64,000 nt of DNA from Candidatus Gottesmanbacteria bacterium (GTDB lineage: Bacteria > Patescibacteriota > Microgenomatia > UBA10105 > UBA927): contig JAZDOQ010000027.1 of assembly GCA_043798445.1 (NCBI GenBank), forward strand, positions 1,265 through 65,264, given 5' to 3'. A program made the position numbers and the translations under genes. Under the pieces are notes generated by a model, which worked only from the letters and a program-made list of their open reading frames with translations, did no database searches and had not been told where the DNA came from. Positions 18,882-29,560 of this stretch are shown in pieces. The first letter of the stretch is position 1. Each line of letters begins with the position of its first letter.

Positions 18882-20029
18882 ACATAACGGTTGCCGGTTG
18901 CGGCATGACAAAATTTGGTGAACTGTGGGCAGCTTCACCACGCTCTCTTGCAAGAGAGGCCGTTGAGCAAGCAATTGGGGAAAGTGGCGTGGAGAAAAAG
19001 TCCATCCAAGGACTGTTTGTTGCCAACATGCTTGCGGGCATGCTTGGGATGCAGGCACATCTTGGTGCACTGTTTTCTGAAGAATTAGGATTATTTGTTC
19101 CCGCATATACAGTGGAAGGCGCGTGTGCATCCGGCGGGCTTGCGGTGCATGCAGGCGTTATGAGTATTCTTTCCGGACAATATGATACGGTTGTGGTGCT
19201 CGGTGTAGAAAAAATGACTGATCATAAACCGGAATCAGTGAGTTCTGCGCTCATGGGTGCTGGATCTAACGAAGAACGACTGGCAGGAGCAACGTTTCCA
19301 GGATTGTATGCGATGCTTGCGCGTAGCCACATGGAGAAATTTGGCACAACAGAAAAACAAATGGCAGCAGTTGCGGTAAAAAATCATTTTCATGCAAGTT
19401 TTAATTCAAATGCACAATTTTCTAACTGCATAACCATAGACCGGGTGTTGAAAAGTTCATGTATAGCAGACCCATTAAAACTACTTGATTGTTCTCCTGT
19501 AACCGATGGTGCAGCAGCGATAGTTCTAAAACGGGAAACGACCAATGGCAAACAATCTGGGGTACACATTATTGCTTCACAAATTGCAACAGACACACTT
19601 GGTCTTGCACAGCGGAAAAGCCTCCTTGAATTATCAGCAACTAAACGTGCCGCACAACGTGCATTTACACAAGCAGGGATCAGTGAAAAAGATATTGATA
19701 TTGCAGAGGTGCATGACTGCTTTACAATAGCTGAAATACTTGCAATTGAAGATATAGGGTTTGGGAAAAAAGGACAGGTTGCGAGAGATATAGAAAAAGG
19801 AGCATACACGCTCGGGACAGCAAGACATGTCGTTGTGAATTCGTCCGGCGGCTTAAAAGGGTGCGGTCATCCAATTGGTGCAACAGGAGTCAAACAGATT
19901 GTTGAAATAGTAAATCAGCTACGGGGAGTGTGTGGTAAACGACAAGTGAAAAATGCAACAGTAGGTCTTGCACATAATGTTGGCGGGAGTGGTGCAACGG
20001 CAGTGGTACATATAGTACAAAAAGGATAA
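18878..20029 (+). CDS. Acetoacetyl-CoA thiolase (SCP2/archaeal type)
   Basis: EGACASG, EVHDCF, GHPIGATG. Confidence 0.93.
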   Translation: MNITVAGCGMTKFGELWAASPRSLAREAVEQAIGESGVEKKSIQGLFVANMLAGMLGMQAHLGALFSEELGLFVPAYTVEGACASGGLAVHAGVMSILSGQYDTVVVLGVEKMTDHKPESVSSALMGAGSNEERLAGATFPGLYAMLARSHMEKFGTTEKQMAAVAVKNHFHASFNSNAQFSNCITIDRVLKSSCIADPLKLLDCSPVTDGAAAIVLKRETTNGKQSGVHIIASQIATDTLGLAQRKSLLELSATKRAAQRAFTQAGISEKDIDIAEVHDCFTIAEILAIEDIGFGKKGQVARDIEKGAYTLGTARHVVVNSSGGLKGCGHPIGATGVKQIVEIVNQLRGVCGKRQVKNATVGLAHNVGGSGATAVVHIVQKG

Positions 20030-20032
20030 TTT

Positions 20033-20332
20033 ATGATTAGTCCGGTTAAAATTTGGCGGAATCAAAAACATTATGCCCAGATGGTCGGCAAAACCGGCAG
20101 TATTATTTCCTGGACCATCATTCGTGTACCGCCAGACGGATTTAGTGAGCAAGCACCATATCCACTTGCGGTCGTTCAGCTTGATGACGGACTCCATATA
20201 ACAGCACAGGTTGTTGACTTGGAGTCAAAACAATTACACACAAAACAAAAAGTAATCACTATTATTCGTCGAACAATCGATACAACCGCTGATGGAGTGA
20301 TTCCATACGGCATTAAAGTAAAACCATTATGA
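20033..20332 (+). CDS. DUF35 OB-fold scaffold protein lacking the zinc ribbon
   Basis: SWT-I-VPP-GF--QAPY, YGIK C-terminus; follows the thiolase. Confidence 0.85.
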   Translation: MISPVKIWRNQKHYAQMVGKTGSIISWTIIRVPPDGFSEQAPYPLAVVQLDDGLHITAQVVDLESKQLHTKQKVITIIRRTIDTTADGVIPYGIKVKPL

Positions 20333-21267
20333 TTACGGTTTCAGTTCCGGGAAAAATTCATTTGATGGGAGAACATGCTGTTGTCTATGGAACACCCGCA
20401 TTGTTTGCTGTGATTAATAAACGAATGATTGTTTCTGTTGAGCATGCAAAAAAAATGGAAATCATTACATCGGAATCATCCGATTATGTGTTGTACGCGC
20501 TTGAAAAAGTAAAAGAACACGTAGGTCTTAACATACTTCCTCCTATGAAAATTACTATCACATCAGATATACCTGCAGGATTTCATCTCGGATCATCTGC
20601 GGCAACTGCTGTGGGGACGGTTGCAGCAACGATATATTTTTTAAAAAAATTGTGGAATCCAAATCAAATTAATGCCATTGCCTATGAAGTTGAAAAGAAG
20701 CAACACGGAAATCCATCGGGTGGAGATAATACCGCAGTAGCCATGGGGGGATTTGTTTGGTTTCGAAAAGAATTAGAGTTTTTGAAAAGCATATGGCAAC
20801 TGGACATACATATTCCTCCATCACTCAATCATTTCTTTCTCATCAATACAGGCAGACCAAAAGAAACAACGGGTGAAATGGTGACACTAGTCAAGTTACG
20901 ATTTGAAAAACATCCAAGCATAATGAAGCAGCAATTTTTGCGTAACGAAGAGCAAGTGAAGAGAATTGCCATAGCACTAAAGGAGCACGATGAAAAAGTA
21001 TTAATAGATGCGATACAAAAAGGTGAACAGACGCTTGAAAAAATCAGTGTCGTTTCGAAAAAAGTGACTCCCTGTATTCGCGAGGTTGAGGCATCGGGAG
21101 GTGCAGCAAAAATCCTTGGCGGTGGGGGAAAGAAGAATGGTGTTGGGTTTATACTTTGCTATCATACAAATAGTCATAAAATTGAAACCATAGGAAAAAG
21201 GTATGGATATGAAGTTCAACCTATTGTGTTAGGTGGTGAAGGCGTTCGTCTTGAACGAAAGGATTAA
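20329..21267 (+). CDS. GHMP kinase (mevalonate or phosphomevalonate kinase)
   Basis: PGKIHLMGEHAVVYG, LGSSAA, GNPSGGD, KILGGGG. Confidence 0.85.
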   Translation: MITVSVPGKIHLMGEHAVVYGTPALFAVINKRMIVSVEHAKKMEIITSESSDYVLYALEKVKEHVGLNILPPMKITITSDIPAGFHLGSSAATAVGTVAATIYFLKKLWNPNQINAIAYEVEKKQHGNPSGGDNTAVAMGGFVWFRKELEFLKSIWQLDIHIPPSLNHFFLINTGRPKETTGEMVTLVKLRFEKHPSIMKQQFLRNEEQVKRIAIALKEHDEKVLIDAIQKGEQTLEKISVVSKKVTPCIREVEASGGAAKILGGGGKKNGVGFILCYHTNSHKIETIGKRYGYEVQPIVLGGEGVRLERKD

Positions 21268-21272
21268 TATAT

Positions 21273-22196
21273 ATGATCACAGTATCAGCGCCAGGAAAGC
21301 TAATGCTTATGGGGGAACACGCAGTGGTGTACGGACACCCCTGTGTAGTCACTGCGGTTTCTGAACGACTGAGCGTTACTATCAAGGAAACGAATGACGG
21401 CAACGTAATAATTAATGCTCCACAGGTGAAAAATACCCGGTTTCTTGATCAGGCACTTCTTGATGGATGTGCAGCACTCGCCATTCAACACAAAGGATTA
21501 CACATTACTACACAAAGTTGTTTTTCAAACTGTTATGGATTTGGATCATCCTCTGCAGTTACCGTTGCAACACTTTTTGCGTTATCTAAGCTTTTTAATA
21601 AACATATCGATCCAAAGTCTTTGTTTCAACTAGCATATAAAACTGTGTTAACAATTCAAGGAGTAGGGTCTGGATTTGATGTTGCAGCAGCAACATACGG
21701 AGGAACGCTGCTCTATACAAAAGGCGGCAACACACTCGATCAATTAGCATGGGACATGAATGATGGCGTATCAGTTGTTGTTGGATATAGCGGAGTTAAA
21801 GCTGACACCTCATCAATTGTGAAAGAAGTTGCTAAGAAACGCGAGATACAAAAAGAACGAGTTGATAGGATTTTTGGAGCAATAGGAAAACTTGTTATTC
21901 AAGCAAAAGAGGCGGGAGACAAAAAAGATTGGGAGACAGTTGGGAAATTCATGAATTTTAATCAGGAATATCTTCGGGATTTAGGAGTAAGCACAGAAAA
22001 ACTGGAAACTATGATTCAAGCGGCAAAACAGACCGGTGCATATGGCGCAAAACTTTCAGGCGCCGGCGGAGGGGACTGTATGATCGCTCTTACCAGAAAA
22101 GATAAAAAGAAGGACGTTGAAGAGGCGATTGTTAAGGCGGGAGGAATAGTTGTTCCTGTGATAATTCATATAGAAGGGGTGCGGATAGATCAATGA
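21273..22196 (+). CDS. GHMP kinase (mevalonate or phosphomevalonate kinase)
   Basis: PGKLMLMGEH, GFGSSSA, GSGFD, KLSGAGGGDC. Confidence 0.85.
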   Translation: MITVSAPGKLMLMGEHAVVYGHPCVVTAVSERLSVTIKETNDGNVIINAPQVKNTRFLDQALLDGCAALAIQHKGLHITTQSCFSNCYGFGSSSAVTVATLFALSKLFNKHIDPKSLFQLAYKTVLTIQGVGSGFDVAAATYGGTLLYTKGGNTLDQLAWDMNDGVSVVVGYSGVKADTSSIVKEVAKKREIQKERVDRIFGAIGKLVIQAKEAGDKKDWETVGKFMNFNQEYLRDLGVSTEKLETMIQAAKQTGAYGAKLSGAGGGDCMIALTRKDKKKDVEEAIVKAGGIVVPVIIHIEGVRIDQ

Positions 22197-23176
22197 TGAA
22201 GGCAACAGCACTAGCTCCGGCAAATATTGCTCTCATTAAATACTGGGGAAAACGGTCAGACGCGCTTCGTACGCCGCTTAACGATTCAATCTCCATGAAT
22301 TTAAGCGGTGCGCTGACAACGACAACAATAGAATTTTCTCCATTGTTTGAAGGTGATGATATTACGTTTGTTGGAGAAACACTATTAGAAAAAGAACATG
22401 AGCGAATCATTAAGCATCTTAATAGAATTCGAAAAATAGCCCGTAAAAAACTGTATGCTCGCGTGGTGACAAAAAATTCTTTTCCAAAAGGAGCCGGAAT
22501 TGCATCATCAGCATCCGGATTTGCTGCATTAACCGTAGCAGCTGTTTGCGCACTCGGATTACAGCGTACAGAAAAGGAATTAACAATACTTTCGCGTATC
22601 GGATCAGGATCGGCATGTCGAAGTATTCCTGATGGTTTTTCGTGGTGGCACGCCGGAAAGAAATCTTCTCAGTCATACGCAGAATCTATTTTTCCAGCAT
22701 CGTGGTGGAACATACGCGATGTTCTTTGTGTTGTTTCAAAAGAAGCAAAAAAAATATCAAGCACAGAAGGAATGGATGGAATAAAGACAAGTCCGTATTG
22801 GAAAACGCGCATGCGGGGAATCCCCGGAAAAATTGATAGGGCGCTTCATGCATTAAAAGAACGAAACATGGAATTGCTGGGAAACCTTCTTGAGGAGGAT
22901 GCAATTTCAATGCACTGCGTCATGATGACACAAAAACCACCGCTCTTTTATTGGAATGAATCTACCCTTCGGGTGATAGAGGCTGTTTACGCGCTTAGGA
23001 AAAATGGAATAGCTGCATATTATACGATGGACGCGGGTCCGAATGTCCATGTTATTTGTAAAGGTGAAGACGAGGATGAAGTGAGCAGGCAAATGAAACA
23101 GGTATATGGTGTCCAGTCTGTTATTATTAACAAGCCAGCACTAGGAACTCACAGTATTTCAAATCATTTATTTTAA
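22193..23176 (+). CDS. mvaD: Diphosphomevalonate decarboxylase
   Basis: NIALIKYWGK, GIASSASG, SGSACRS, DAGPNV. Confidence 0.95.
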   Translation: MMKATALAPANIALIKYWGKRSDALRTPLNDSISMNLSGALTTTTIEFSPLFEGDDITFVGETLLEKEHERIIKHLNRIRKIARKKLYARVVTKNSFPKGAGIASSASGFAALTVAAVCALGLQRTEKELTILSRIGSGSACRSIPDGFSWWHAGKKSSQSYAESIFPASWWNIRDVLCVVSKEAKKISSTEGMDGIKTSPYWKTRMRGIPGKIDRALHALKERNMELLGNLLEEDAISMHCVMMTQKPPLFYWNESTLRVIEAVYALRKNGIAAYYTMDAGPNVHVICKGEDEDEVSRQMKQVYGVQSVIINKPALGTHSISNHLF

Positions 23177-23179
23177 TTT

Positions 23180-23863
23180 ATGGAAGAACAAAACATACCT
23201 CAACATATAGCAGTCATCATGGATGGGAATCGCCGGTGGGCAAAAGAACGGGGACTTCCAATTCTTGAAGGACATAGAAAAGTAGCTGATGAGATACTTG
23301 AGCCTCTTATCGAACATGCCGCAAAACGGGGCGTGAAATATATGACGTTTTGGGCATTTTCTACAGAGAACTGGAATCGTTCAGAAAAAGAAGTGCAAGG
23401 GATTATGAGTATTTTTCGCCACGTGATACAAAAGCGTTGGCAAATACTGCATGAAAAGGGTGTTAAGATTCGTGTGATTGGAGATATGATGAGGTTTTCA
23501 CAGGACATTAAAGATGCTCTGACAAAAGTAATAGAACAAACAAAAGATAATACAAAGATTACCATTGTTTTTGCGCTTAATTATGGCGGTCGAGATGAAA
23601 TGATACGGGCGATGAATAAAAGCCGTGGAGAAGAAGATACATCAAAGAAAACATTTGAACAGCATCTTGATACTGCTGGAATTCCAGATCCAGAATTGAT
23701 TATTCGAACGGGCGGGGAGCAACGGTTGTCAGGGTTCTTGCTCTGGCAGAGTGAATATAGTGAATTATTGTTTCCTTCTTGGTACATGCCGGAGTTCACA
23801 CCAGAAAGACTGGATGAATTAATAGAGGAATACTCAACTCGTCAGCGAAGATTTGGAAAGTAG
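23180..23863 (+). CDS. uppS: Undecaprenyl diphosphate synthase
   Basis: IMDGNRRWA, FSTENW, RTGGEQRLSGFLLWQ. Confidence 0.96.
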   Translation: MEEQNIPQHIAVIMDGNRRWAKERGLPILEGHRKVADEILEPLIEHAAKRGVKYMTFWAFSTENWNRSEKEVQGIMSIFRHVIQKRWQILHEKGVKIRVIGDMMRFSQDIKDALTKVIEQTKDNTKITIVFALNYGGRDEMIRAMNKSRGEEDTSKKTFEQHLDTAGIPDPELIIRTGGEQRLSGFLLWQSEYSELLFPSWYMPEFTPERLDELIEEYSTRQRRFGK

Positions 23864-23864
23864 T

Positions 23865-24203
23865 CTACTTAAATGTATCTCCGATAGCCGTAATACCAAA
23901 GACAATTCCTAAAAGTTGTGTAATCCAATAAGCCAAAAAAATAATAACAAATCCAACTACTCCATAAGTAAGTGTTTGTTTCCCCTTTTCCATTTTTTTA
24001 GCATCTCCAGCACTGGTAAGAAGTGTGAATCCTGCACTAATAATCATGATAAGGAGCACAATACCCGCTATGGGGAGTGCGAATTTATATATATTAGAAA
24101 GAATAGTACCGATGGTAACATTTTTATCACCCAGTGGGCCAACTAGATTAGGAGTTCCAGGAAGAGTTAATTTTTGTGCGAGTAAGTGATCCATATTATT
24201 CAA
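23865..24203 (-). CDS. VirB2/TrbC-like pilin
   Basis: GFTLLTSAGD-KGKQTLTYG between two TMs. Confidence 0.82.
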   Translation of the reverse strand: MNNMDHLLAQKLTLPGTPNLVGPLGDKNVTIGTILSNIYKFALPIAGIVLLIMIISAGFTLLTSAGDAKKMEKGKQTLTYGVVGFVIIFLAYWITQLLGIVFGITAIGDTFK

Positions 24204-25101
24204 ATCCTGGAATTCTTAATATTTTAACCCCAATTAATTGTAGGAGAAAAATTGAAAAGATGATAAGAAGAAGTCCTGTGATTGCTGCACTGATCAGTTC
24301 TTTTCCTGCGTTAAGTTTTTCTGGGTTTCCAGCAGACATCATTATTTGCAAAGCGCCGAAAAGAATAAGAAGAAATGCTATTCCTCCAGCTATACCGATA
24401 CCAAAAGGAAGAAACGTATTAATTATTCCAGAGGGTGATGCATCAATGCATCCAATTGCGGTCCATACTTTTTTTTCAGCTTTCATACAATCATCACAAG
24501 CTTCTTTTTGAGGAGATATGAAAGTATTGCAGACATAACCAGCCGAGGCTGGTTGTGTAGGTGTATTAGGACATCCTGCCTTTGATGTACAACATTTATA
24601 ACTTGAGCCTGGGCATAAGTGTATATAACTTGAATAATCAATGTTTGAGCCAGCGATAGTAGGGGGACAGCCAGTAAATTTAAAGGGATCTCCATAGACA
24701 CATTTATACGCTGGCGTTGGCGGGAATGGTGGACATCCCGTCTTTGGATCGCAACATTTTTTTGGATTGAATCCAGGACAATTTACATATCCAGATTTAC
24801 TACATACGCTATCAAATCCAATAATTCCCACGTCGTCTATACATTTTTTAATTGGAGTTGGTGAGGCGTTGTTAGAAATACAAGAACATCCTGCAGTAGC
24901 GCATGTAGAGATTGTGCCGGCACAACGAGCTGTTGTCCCAGTGGGGCATTTGTTCATTGTAGCATCTACTTCACACGAAAGATCGCCAACGCCATAATGG
25001 CTGACATTTTTACATTCACACGTTTGTGCAAAAATTTTTGTCGGATTTTGAAAAAGAACGACAAGAAGAAAAGCAAAGATAAATAAAATTAGTTTTTTCA
25101 C
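24196..25101 (-). CDS. Pilin with Cys-rich extracellular N-terminal region
   Basis: Signal peptide, many Cys, WTAIGCI, C-terminal SAGNPEK-GKE-I-AAI-G pilin motif. Confidence 0.8.
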   Translation of the reverse strand: MKKLILFIFAFLLVVLFQNPTKIFAQTCECKNVSHYGVGDLSCEVDATMNKCPTGTTARCAGTISTCATAGCSCISNNASPTPIKKCIDDVGIIGFDSVCSKSGYVNCPGFNPKKCCDPKTGCPPFPPTPAYKCVYGDPFKFTGCPPTIAGSNIDYSSYIHLCPGSSYKCCTSKAGCPNTPTQPASAGYVCNTFISPQKEACDDCMKAEKKVWTAIGCIDASPSGIINTFLPFGIGIAGGIAFLLILFGALQIMMSAGNPEKLNAGKELISAAITGLLLIIFSIFLLQLIGVKILRIPGFE

Positions 25102-25161
25102 TCCTTAAGTGTATCATGAGCTCCACTTTAAAGAAAAGGGCATGATAGAATAGAAAGACGC

Positions 25162-26871
25162 ATGAAATATGTATTTCATTTCATTTCCGTTTTGTTTTTT
25201 TGTTTATTAGTCTTTTCCCCATTAAAGAATATATATGCGCAATCATGTGATTCTTCTTGTGCAAATACGATTGAATGTCAACAAAAGATTGCAAAGTGCC
25301 AGGAAGCATGGGATCAGATGGAAGCAGCAAAAAAACCCCACGTTGATACGCTTCGTAAGATGGAAGCAGATATCGCTGCGTTTTTAAATCGCATCAAAAT
25401 CATCGAAGCGGAGATGGTTAAAAAAGCAGCTGCAATTATTGAAGGAGAAAAGGAATTGGGATCACTTCTTGTTGTTGCAAATCGAAGAATCCGTTCTTTT
25501 TACATGCGGTCTTCAAATACTAATCTCATTGCGGTATTACTTTCTTCTTCTGATGTTGGGACTGCGCTTCGAAGTTATGGCTATCAACAGGCCGTGACAA
25601 ATGAAGATAAGCGGGTGATTACGCAAACAGCGGTGATGGTAAAAGATCTGGAAAATAAAAAGAAAAAACTTGAAGGTGAACGCATAACGCTTGCGAGTAT
25701 GAAAGAAGATGTGGATAGGCGGGCAATATCCGTACGGAAGCTTGTCGGTGATGCAAACGCGTATCAATCAAAACTGTCTACCACAATTGCTAGTTTAACC
25801 GCATTGCAAGTGGCTATTTTGAATGCTAAAACAGGTACGTTTCAAACAAGCGTAGGCGATGTTCCACTTGCTGATGATGCCGCGAGCAGACCGGATTATA
25901 ATCCCGGGTTTTCTCCAGCGTTCGCAGCGTTTTCTTTTGGCGCACCGCACTATAGGGGGATGAGTCAATATGGAGCATTTGGAAGAGCAAAGCAGGATCA
26001 AAACTATGAAACGATTTTGCGGGCATACTATGGTGGAGGGATTGAAATTAGAGATCATAATCCAGACGCACAAATATCAGTGGACGGATACGGAACATAC
26101 TCTCTTGAAGAATATGCAAAACGGATTTATGAAATGCCTGGCTCATGGGGTGATGAGGGTGGGATGGAAGCGTTGAAAGCGCAAGCAATCGCGGCAAGAA
26201 GTTATGCGCTAGCTCGCGGCGGTTCTATTTGTGCCACAGAGAGTTGTCAGGTGTTTAAGCCTGAGCCTAAAGGTGGAAATTGGGAAAAAGCAGTGAATGA
26301 CACGAGAGGGAAGGTTGTGTACGCAAACGGGTCTCCATTTTCGACATGGTATGCTTCCACGAGCGGTGGATACCAAGAATCGTATAGTGCTAATGGGTAT
26401 TCAACTCCTGGTTTTTGGGATACGCAGAATGGTCGAGCGGGCTGGACAAGTCAAGCGTACGAAAAAATAGGTGGAAGTCCATGGTTTTATAAAGCATGGT
26501 ACAAAAATAGAGCAGGTGATAGTTGTGGAAGAAGCCATCCGTGGTTAACAAGTGAGGAGATGGCAGACATTCTAAATGCATGGGTAGTTTTATACCAAGG
26601 TGGTGGTGACAGCTCCAGGGTGACGCCAACATCATCATGTTGGGGTGGAAATCCGTACTCAATGTCAGAACTTCGATCTATTGGAGGATACACAAACGTT
26701 TCAGGAGTATCAGTGACGTATTCAGAAGCAGGGGTAACCTCGACAGTCACGTTTCAAACGAATAAAGGAAGCGTTCCCATTACAGGTGCTGATTTTAAGA
26801 AAGCATTTAATCTTCGTGCTCCAGGCCGCGTTTCACTGATGAGTGGCTTGTTTAATATTGAGCGGAAGTAG
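25162..26871 (+). CDS. SpoIID/LytB-domain peptidoglycan hydrolase with coiled coil
   Basis: GMSQYGA, EALKAQAIAARSYA, ICATESCQV. Confidence 0.88.
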   Translation: MKYVFHFISVLFFCLLVFSPLKNIYAQSCDSSCANTIECQQKIAKCQEAWDQMEAAKKPHVDTLRKMEADIAAFLNRIKIIEAEMVKKAAAIIEGEKELGSLLVVANRRIRSFYMRSSNTNLIAVLLSSSDVGTALRSYGYQQAVTNEDKRVITQTAVMVKDLENKKKKLEGERITLASMKEDVDRRAISVRKLVGDANAYQSKLSTTIASLTALQVAILNAKTGTFQTSVGDVPLADDAASRPDYNPGFSPAFAAFSFGAPHYRGMSQYGAFGRAKQDQNYETILRAYYGGGIEIRDHNPDAQISVDGYGTYSLEEYAKRIYEMPGSWGDEGGMEALKAQAIAARSYALARGGSICATESCQVFKPEPKGGNWEKAVNDTRGKVVYANGSPFSTWYASTSGGYQESYSANGYSTPGFWDTQNGRAGWTSQAYEKIGGSPWFYKAWYKNRAGDSCGRSHPWLTSEEMADILNAWVVLYQGGGDSSRVTPTSSCWGGNPYSMSELRSIGGYTNVSGVSVTYSEAGVTSTVTFQTNKGSVPITGADFKKAFNLRAPGRVSLMSGLFNIERK

Positions 26872-26883
26872 TACAATCAAAGC

Positions 26884-27513
26884 ATGCCGACGCTATTTGT
26901 CAAACAAGCGCCAGAAGAATCTGCGACAAACACGAGCGTACAAAAACAGACGCCCATGAATATATTTACCGCTTTTGCCAGAAGTCCAAAACACCTCAGG
27001 TTTGAAACACAGGAAAAAGATGAAGTGGTCATTCTATTTTTGCGTCAACATCTCATTACCCTTATCCCGTGGTTTATTGTTGGAGCAGTTATGGTGCTGG
27101 TGCCAACTATTCTTTTTCCGCTCATTATTAAACTGATTTCAACAGCGCTTGCTGTTCCTGTTGGATATATCATTGTCGGAACCGTGTTTTGGTATGTAGC
27201 AACGTTCGGATTTATGATGTCGAAATTTTTGTATTGGTTTTTCAATATATTTATTGTGACCAACGAACGGATTGTTGATATTGATTTTGTGAATCTTCTG
27301 TATAAAGACATTGCTGAGACACAGCTTGAGCGGGTGCAGGATATTTCCTATCAAACGCGCGGTGTGTTGGCAACAATGTTTAATTACGGGAATGTAATGA
27401 TTCAAACCGCCGGTGAAGTACCGAATTTTGCATTTGAGCGTGTTCCTCGACCAAATGAAGTTACTGATATTATTAGCGACACAGCAAAGCTAATAAATAA
27501 AAAGGCAGTATGA
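26884..27513 (+). CDS. Membrane protein with bacterial PH domain
   Basis: 2 TM then IVTNERIVD...NYGNV-IQTAG. Confidence 0.8.
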   Translation: MPTLFVKQAPEESATNTSVQKQTPMNIFTAFARSPKHLRFETQEKDEVVILFLRQHLITLIPWFIVGAVMVLVPTILFPLIIKLISTALAVPVGYIIVGTVFWYVATFGFMMSKFLYWFFNIFIVTNERIVDIDFVNLLYKDIAETQLERVQDISYQTRGVLATMFNYGNVMIQTAGEVPNFAFERVPRPNEVTDIISDTAKLINKKAV

Positions 27514-27731
27514 ATCCGAACCAATACACAACCATAGGGTTCTTGATTACAAAAGTATTAACGATTATCGCGTTATTGCTGTATACAATCTATGCAGGAA
27601 TTATGTATAGACAAGAACATCTTATGTCAAAAGTATTGGCTGAAACGTCCGAAGCAGTGTTACGCATCCTCGTTATTGTTCATTTTTGTGCCGCACTTTT
27701 TGTGGTGCTGCTTGCCATTATTTTACTGTAA
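27510..27731 (+). CDS. Small 2-TM membrane protein
   Basis: Translationally coupled ORF with two TMs. Confidence 0.65.
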   Translation: MNPNQYTTIGFLITKVLTIIALLLYTIYAGIMYRQEHLMSKVLAETSEAVLRILVIVHFCAALFVVLLAIILL

Positions 27732-27761
27732 ACCGTTCAAAACGTGATACCATGGAACTGT

Positions 27762-29552
27762 ATGCAGATTCTCTCATCCGTGGGTTCAGTTGTCGGAAAC
27801 AATTCCTCTGTTCATTGGGCACAAACCATTAAAAATCCCCATGTCTACGGCATTATCGAAGCGATAGATGCCGCAAGCATCGCACAAACTATCGGCATGC
27901 AGGCAATTAGTAAAATAACGCAGCGTGCGAACCGATCCGTCGTGAGTCTTCGCGATCTTGAAGAGGTGGCAGATGAAGGAATGCATGAGGGCATCAGATC
28001 AATTGCGCTCATTGTCCCCGTTGGTACAACGCTCTATGTTGTTGTTCGTGGATCAGGCATGGTGTACTTAAAACGGAATGGACAATATGCACGACTTCTT
28101 GATCACGAAGGAAGTATATCTGGAGAAGGAAAAGAAGGAGACGTTGTCCTGTTGGTTTCAGATGCGTGTAAAAACACTGTATCGGAATCCGAGATGATGG
28201 GAATATTTGATCACTTGTCAGCGGTGGAAGCGGCAGAAAAGTTTGCATTACTTCTCAATGGAAAAACAGATTCAGCCGGGTGTGTAGCACTATTGTTTGA
28301 AGTGATGAAACATGTTCCTTATGAGTCCGTACAACAGCCTGTAATCGATCCGACGCATGCGGGAAAAATTGGACGATTCTTACGGGCAAGACCTCAAGAC
28401 AAAGCGCAAACCATTAAACGCCACGCATTGGTGTGGGGAAGAAGACTTAAAAATCCAAAAGTAAGTGTGACCATGCTTCTCATTGTGTTATTTGTTGCAA
28501 GCGTATTATTTGGGATTAACAAAGAATTTTCTATGAAAAGTGATCAACAAGTGACTTCTGTTATGAAGGAAACTGAGCGTGTGTATGAAGAAGGCATGGC
28601 GCTCATGGAACTCAATCCCGTGAAAGGGAGAGAGCGATTGGCAGCTGCAAAGACACTCCTTGCTCCCATAAAAGAAATTATTACGTCAAAAACAAAAGAT
28701 GGCCGTCGCGTGCTTGAACTATTTGGTCAGATTGAAGACTCGCTCACGCAGGCCATGCATGCATACACGGATGAACCAACACTTTTTTATGATGCAGCAC
28801 TGTTAAAAAGCGGCGGAACGATCACGTATATGGCAGCAGCAGAAGATATGATTATTTTGGGAGACACCAAAGAAAAAGCAGTATATAGTTTGGCAATCCC
28901 CGGGAAAACAGGGCAAATTGTTGCAGGTGGTAGCGGGTATGAGATGACACAAGCGGTAGCTATTCGCGGAGGAGTAGGATACGCATTGTTGTCAGAAGGA
29001 ATAAACGAAATATCACTTGATGATAAAAAAGCAAAACAAAACGTCATAAAGAAAAGCAACGATTGGGGACGAATAGCGCCGATGGTTTCATTTGGTGGAA
29101 ACATATATTTACTTGATGTGGAAAAAGGGAGGATCTGGAAATATGTTGCAACCGAAACAGGGTTTTCAGATATTCGTGAGTATTTAAATCCGGATACACT
29201 TCCTGATTTGTCAAAAGCAACCAGTATGGCAATAGATGGATCAGTGTGGATAGGAACAACAGATGGAAAAATTATACGGTTTACTCAAGGAAGAGAGAAT
29301 ACATTTGTTCCAAAAGGTGTTGATCCGGCATTTGGATCACAATTAATTGTGTATACGAGTGACATTGTAAACAATGTATATGTACTTGATGTGCAAAATA
29401 AACGGGTGGTTGTCCTCGATAAAGATGGAATATATCTGTCCCAATATTCATGGAAAAGTGATAGTGTTCCTACTAATTTGGTAGTTTCTGAAAAACACGG
29501 TAAAATATTTCTTCTTGCCGGAGGGGCGATCTATAGTATTGATCTTAAATAG
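27762..29552 (+). CDS. Membrane protein, degenerate PP2C-like N-terminus and beta-propeller C-terminus
   Basis: GDVVLLVSD segment, central TM, NIYLLD-RIWKY and AIDGSVW repeats. Confidence 0.65.
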   Translation: MQILSSVGSVVGNNSSVHWAQTIKNPHVYGIIEAIDAASIAQTIGMQAISKITQRANRSVVSLRDLEEVADEGMHEGIRSIALIVPVGTTLYVVVRGSGMVYLKRNGQYARLLDHEGSISGEGKEGDVVLLVSDACKNTVSESEMMGIFDHLSAVEAAEKFALLLNGKTDSAGCVALLFEVMKHVPYESVQQPVIDPTHAGKIGRFLRARPQDKAQTIKRHALVWGRRLKNPKVSVTMLLIVLFVASVLFGINKEFSMKSDQQVTSVMKETERVYEEGMALMELNPVKGRERLAAAKTLLAPIKEIITSKTKDGRRVLELFGQIEDSLTQAMHAYTDEPTLFYDAALLKSGGTITYMAAAEDMIILGDTKEKAVYSLAIPGKTGQIVAGGSGYEMTQAVAIRGGVGYALLSEGINEISLDDKKAKQNVIKKSNDWGRIAPMVSFGGNIYLLDVEKGRIWKYVATETGFSDIREYLNPDTLPDLSKATSMAIDGSVWIGTTDGKIIRFTQGRENTFVPKGVDPAFGSQLIVYTSDIVNNVYVLDVQNKRVVVLDKDGIYLSQYSWKSDSVPTNLVVSEKHGKIFLLAGGAIYSIDLK

Positions 29553-29560
29553 GCATAGAT

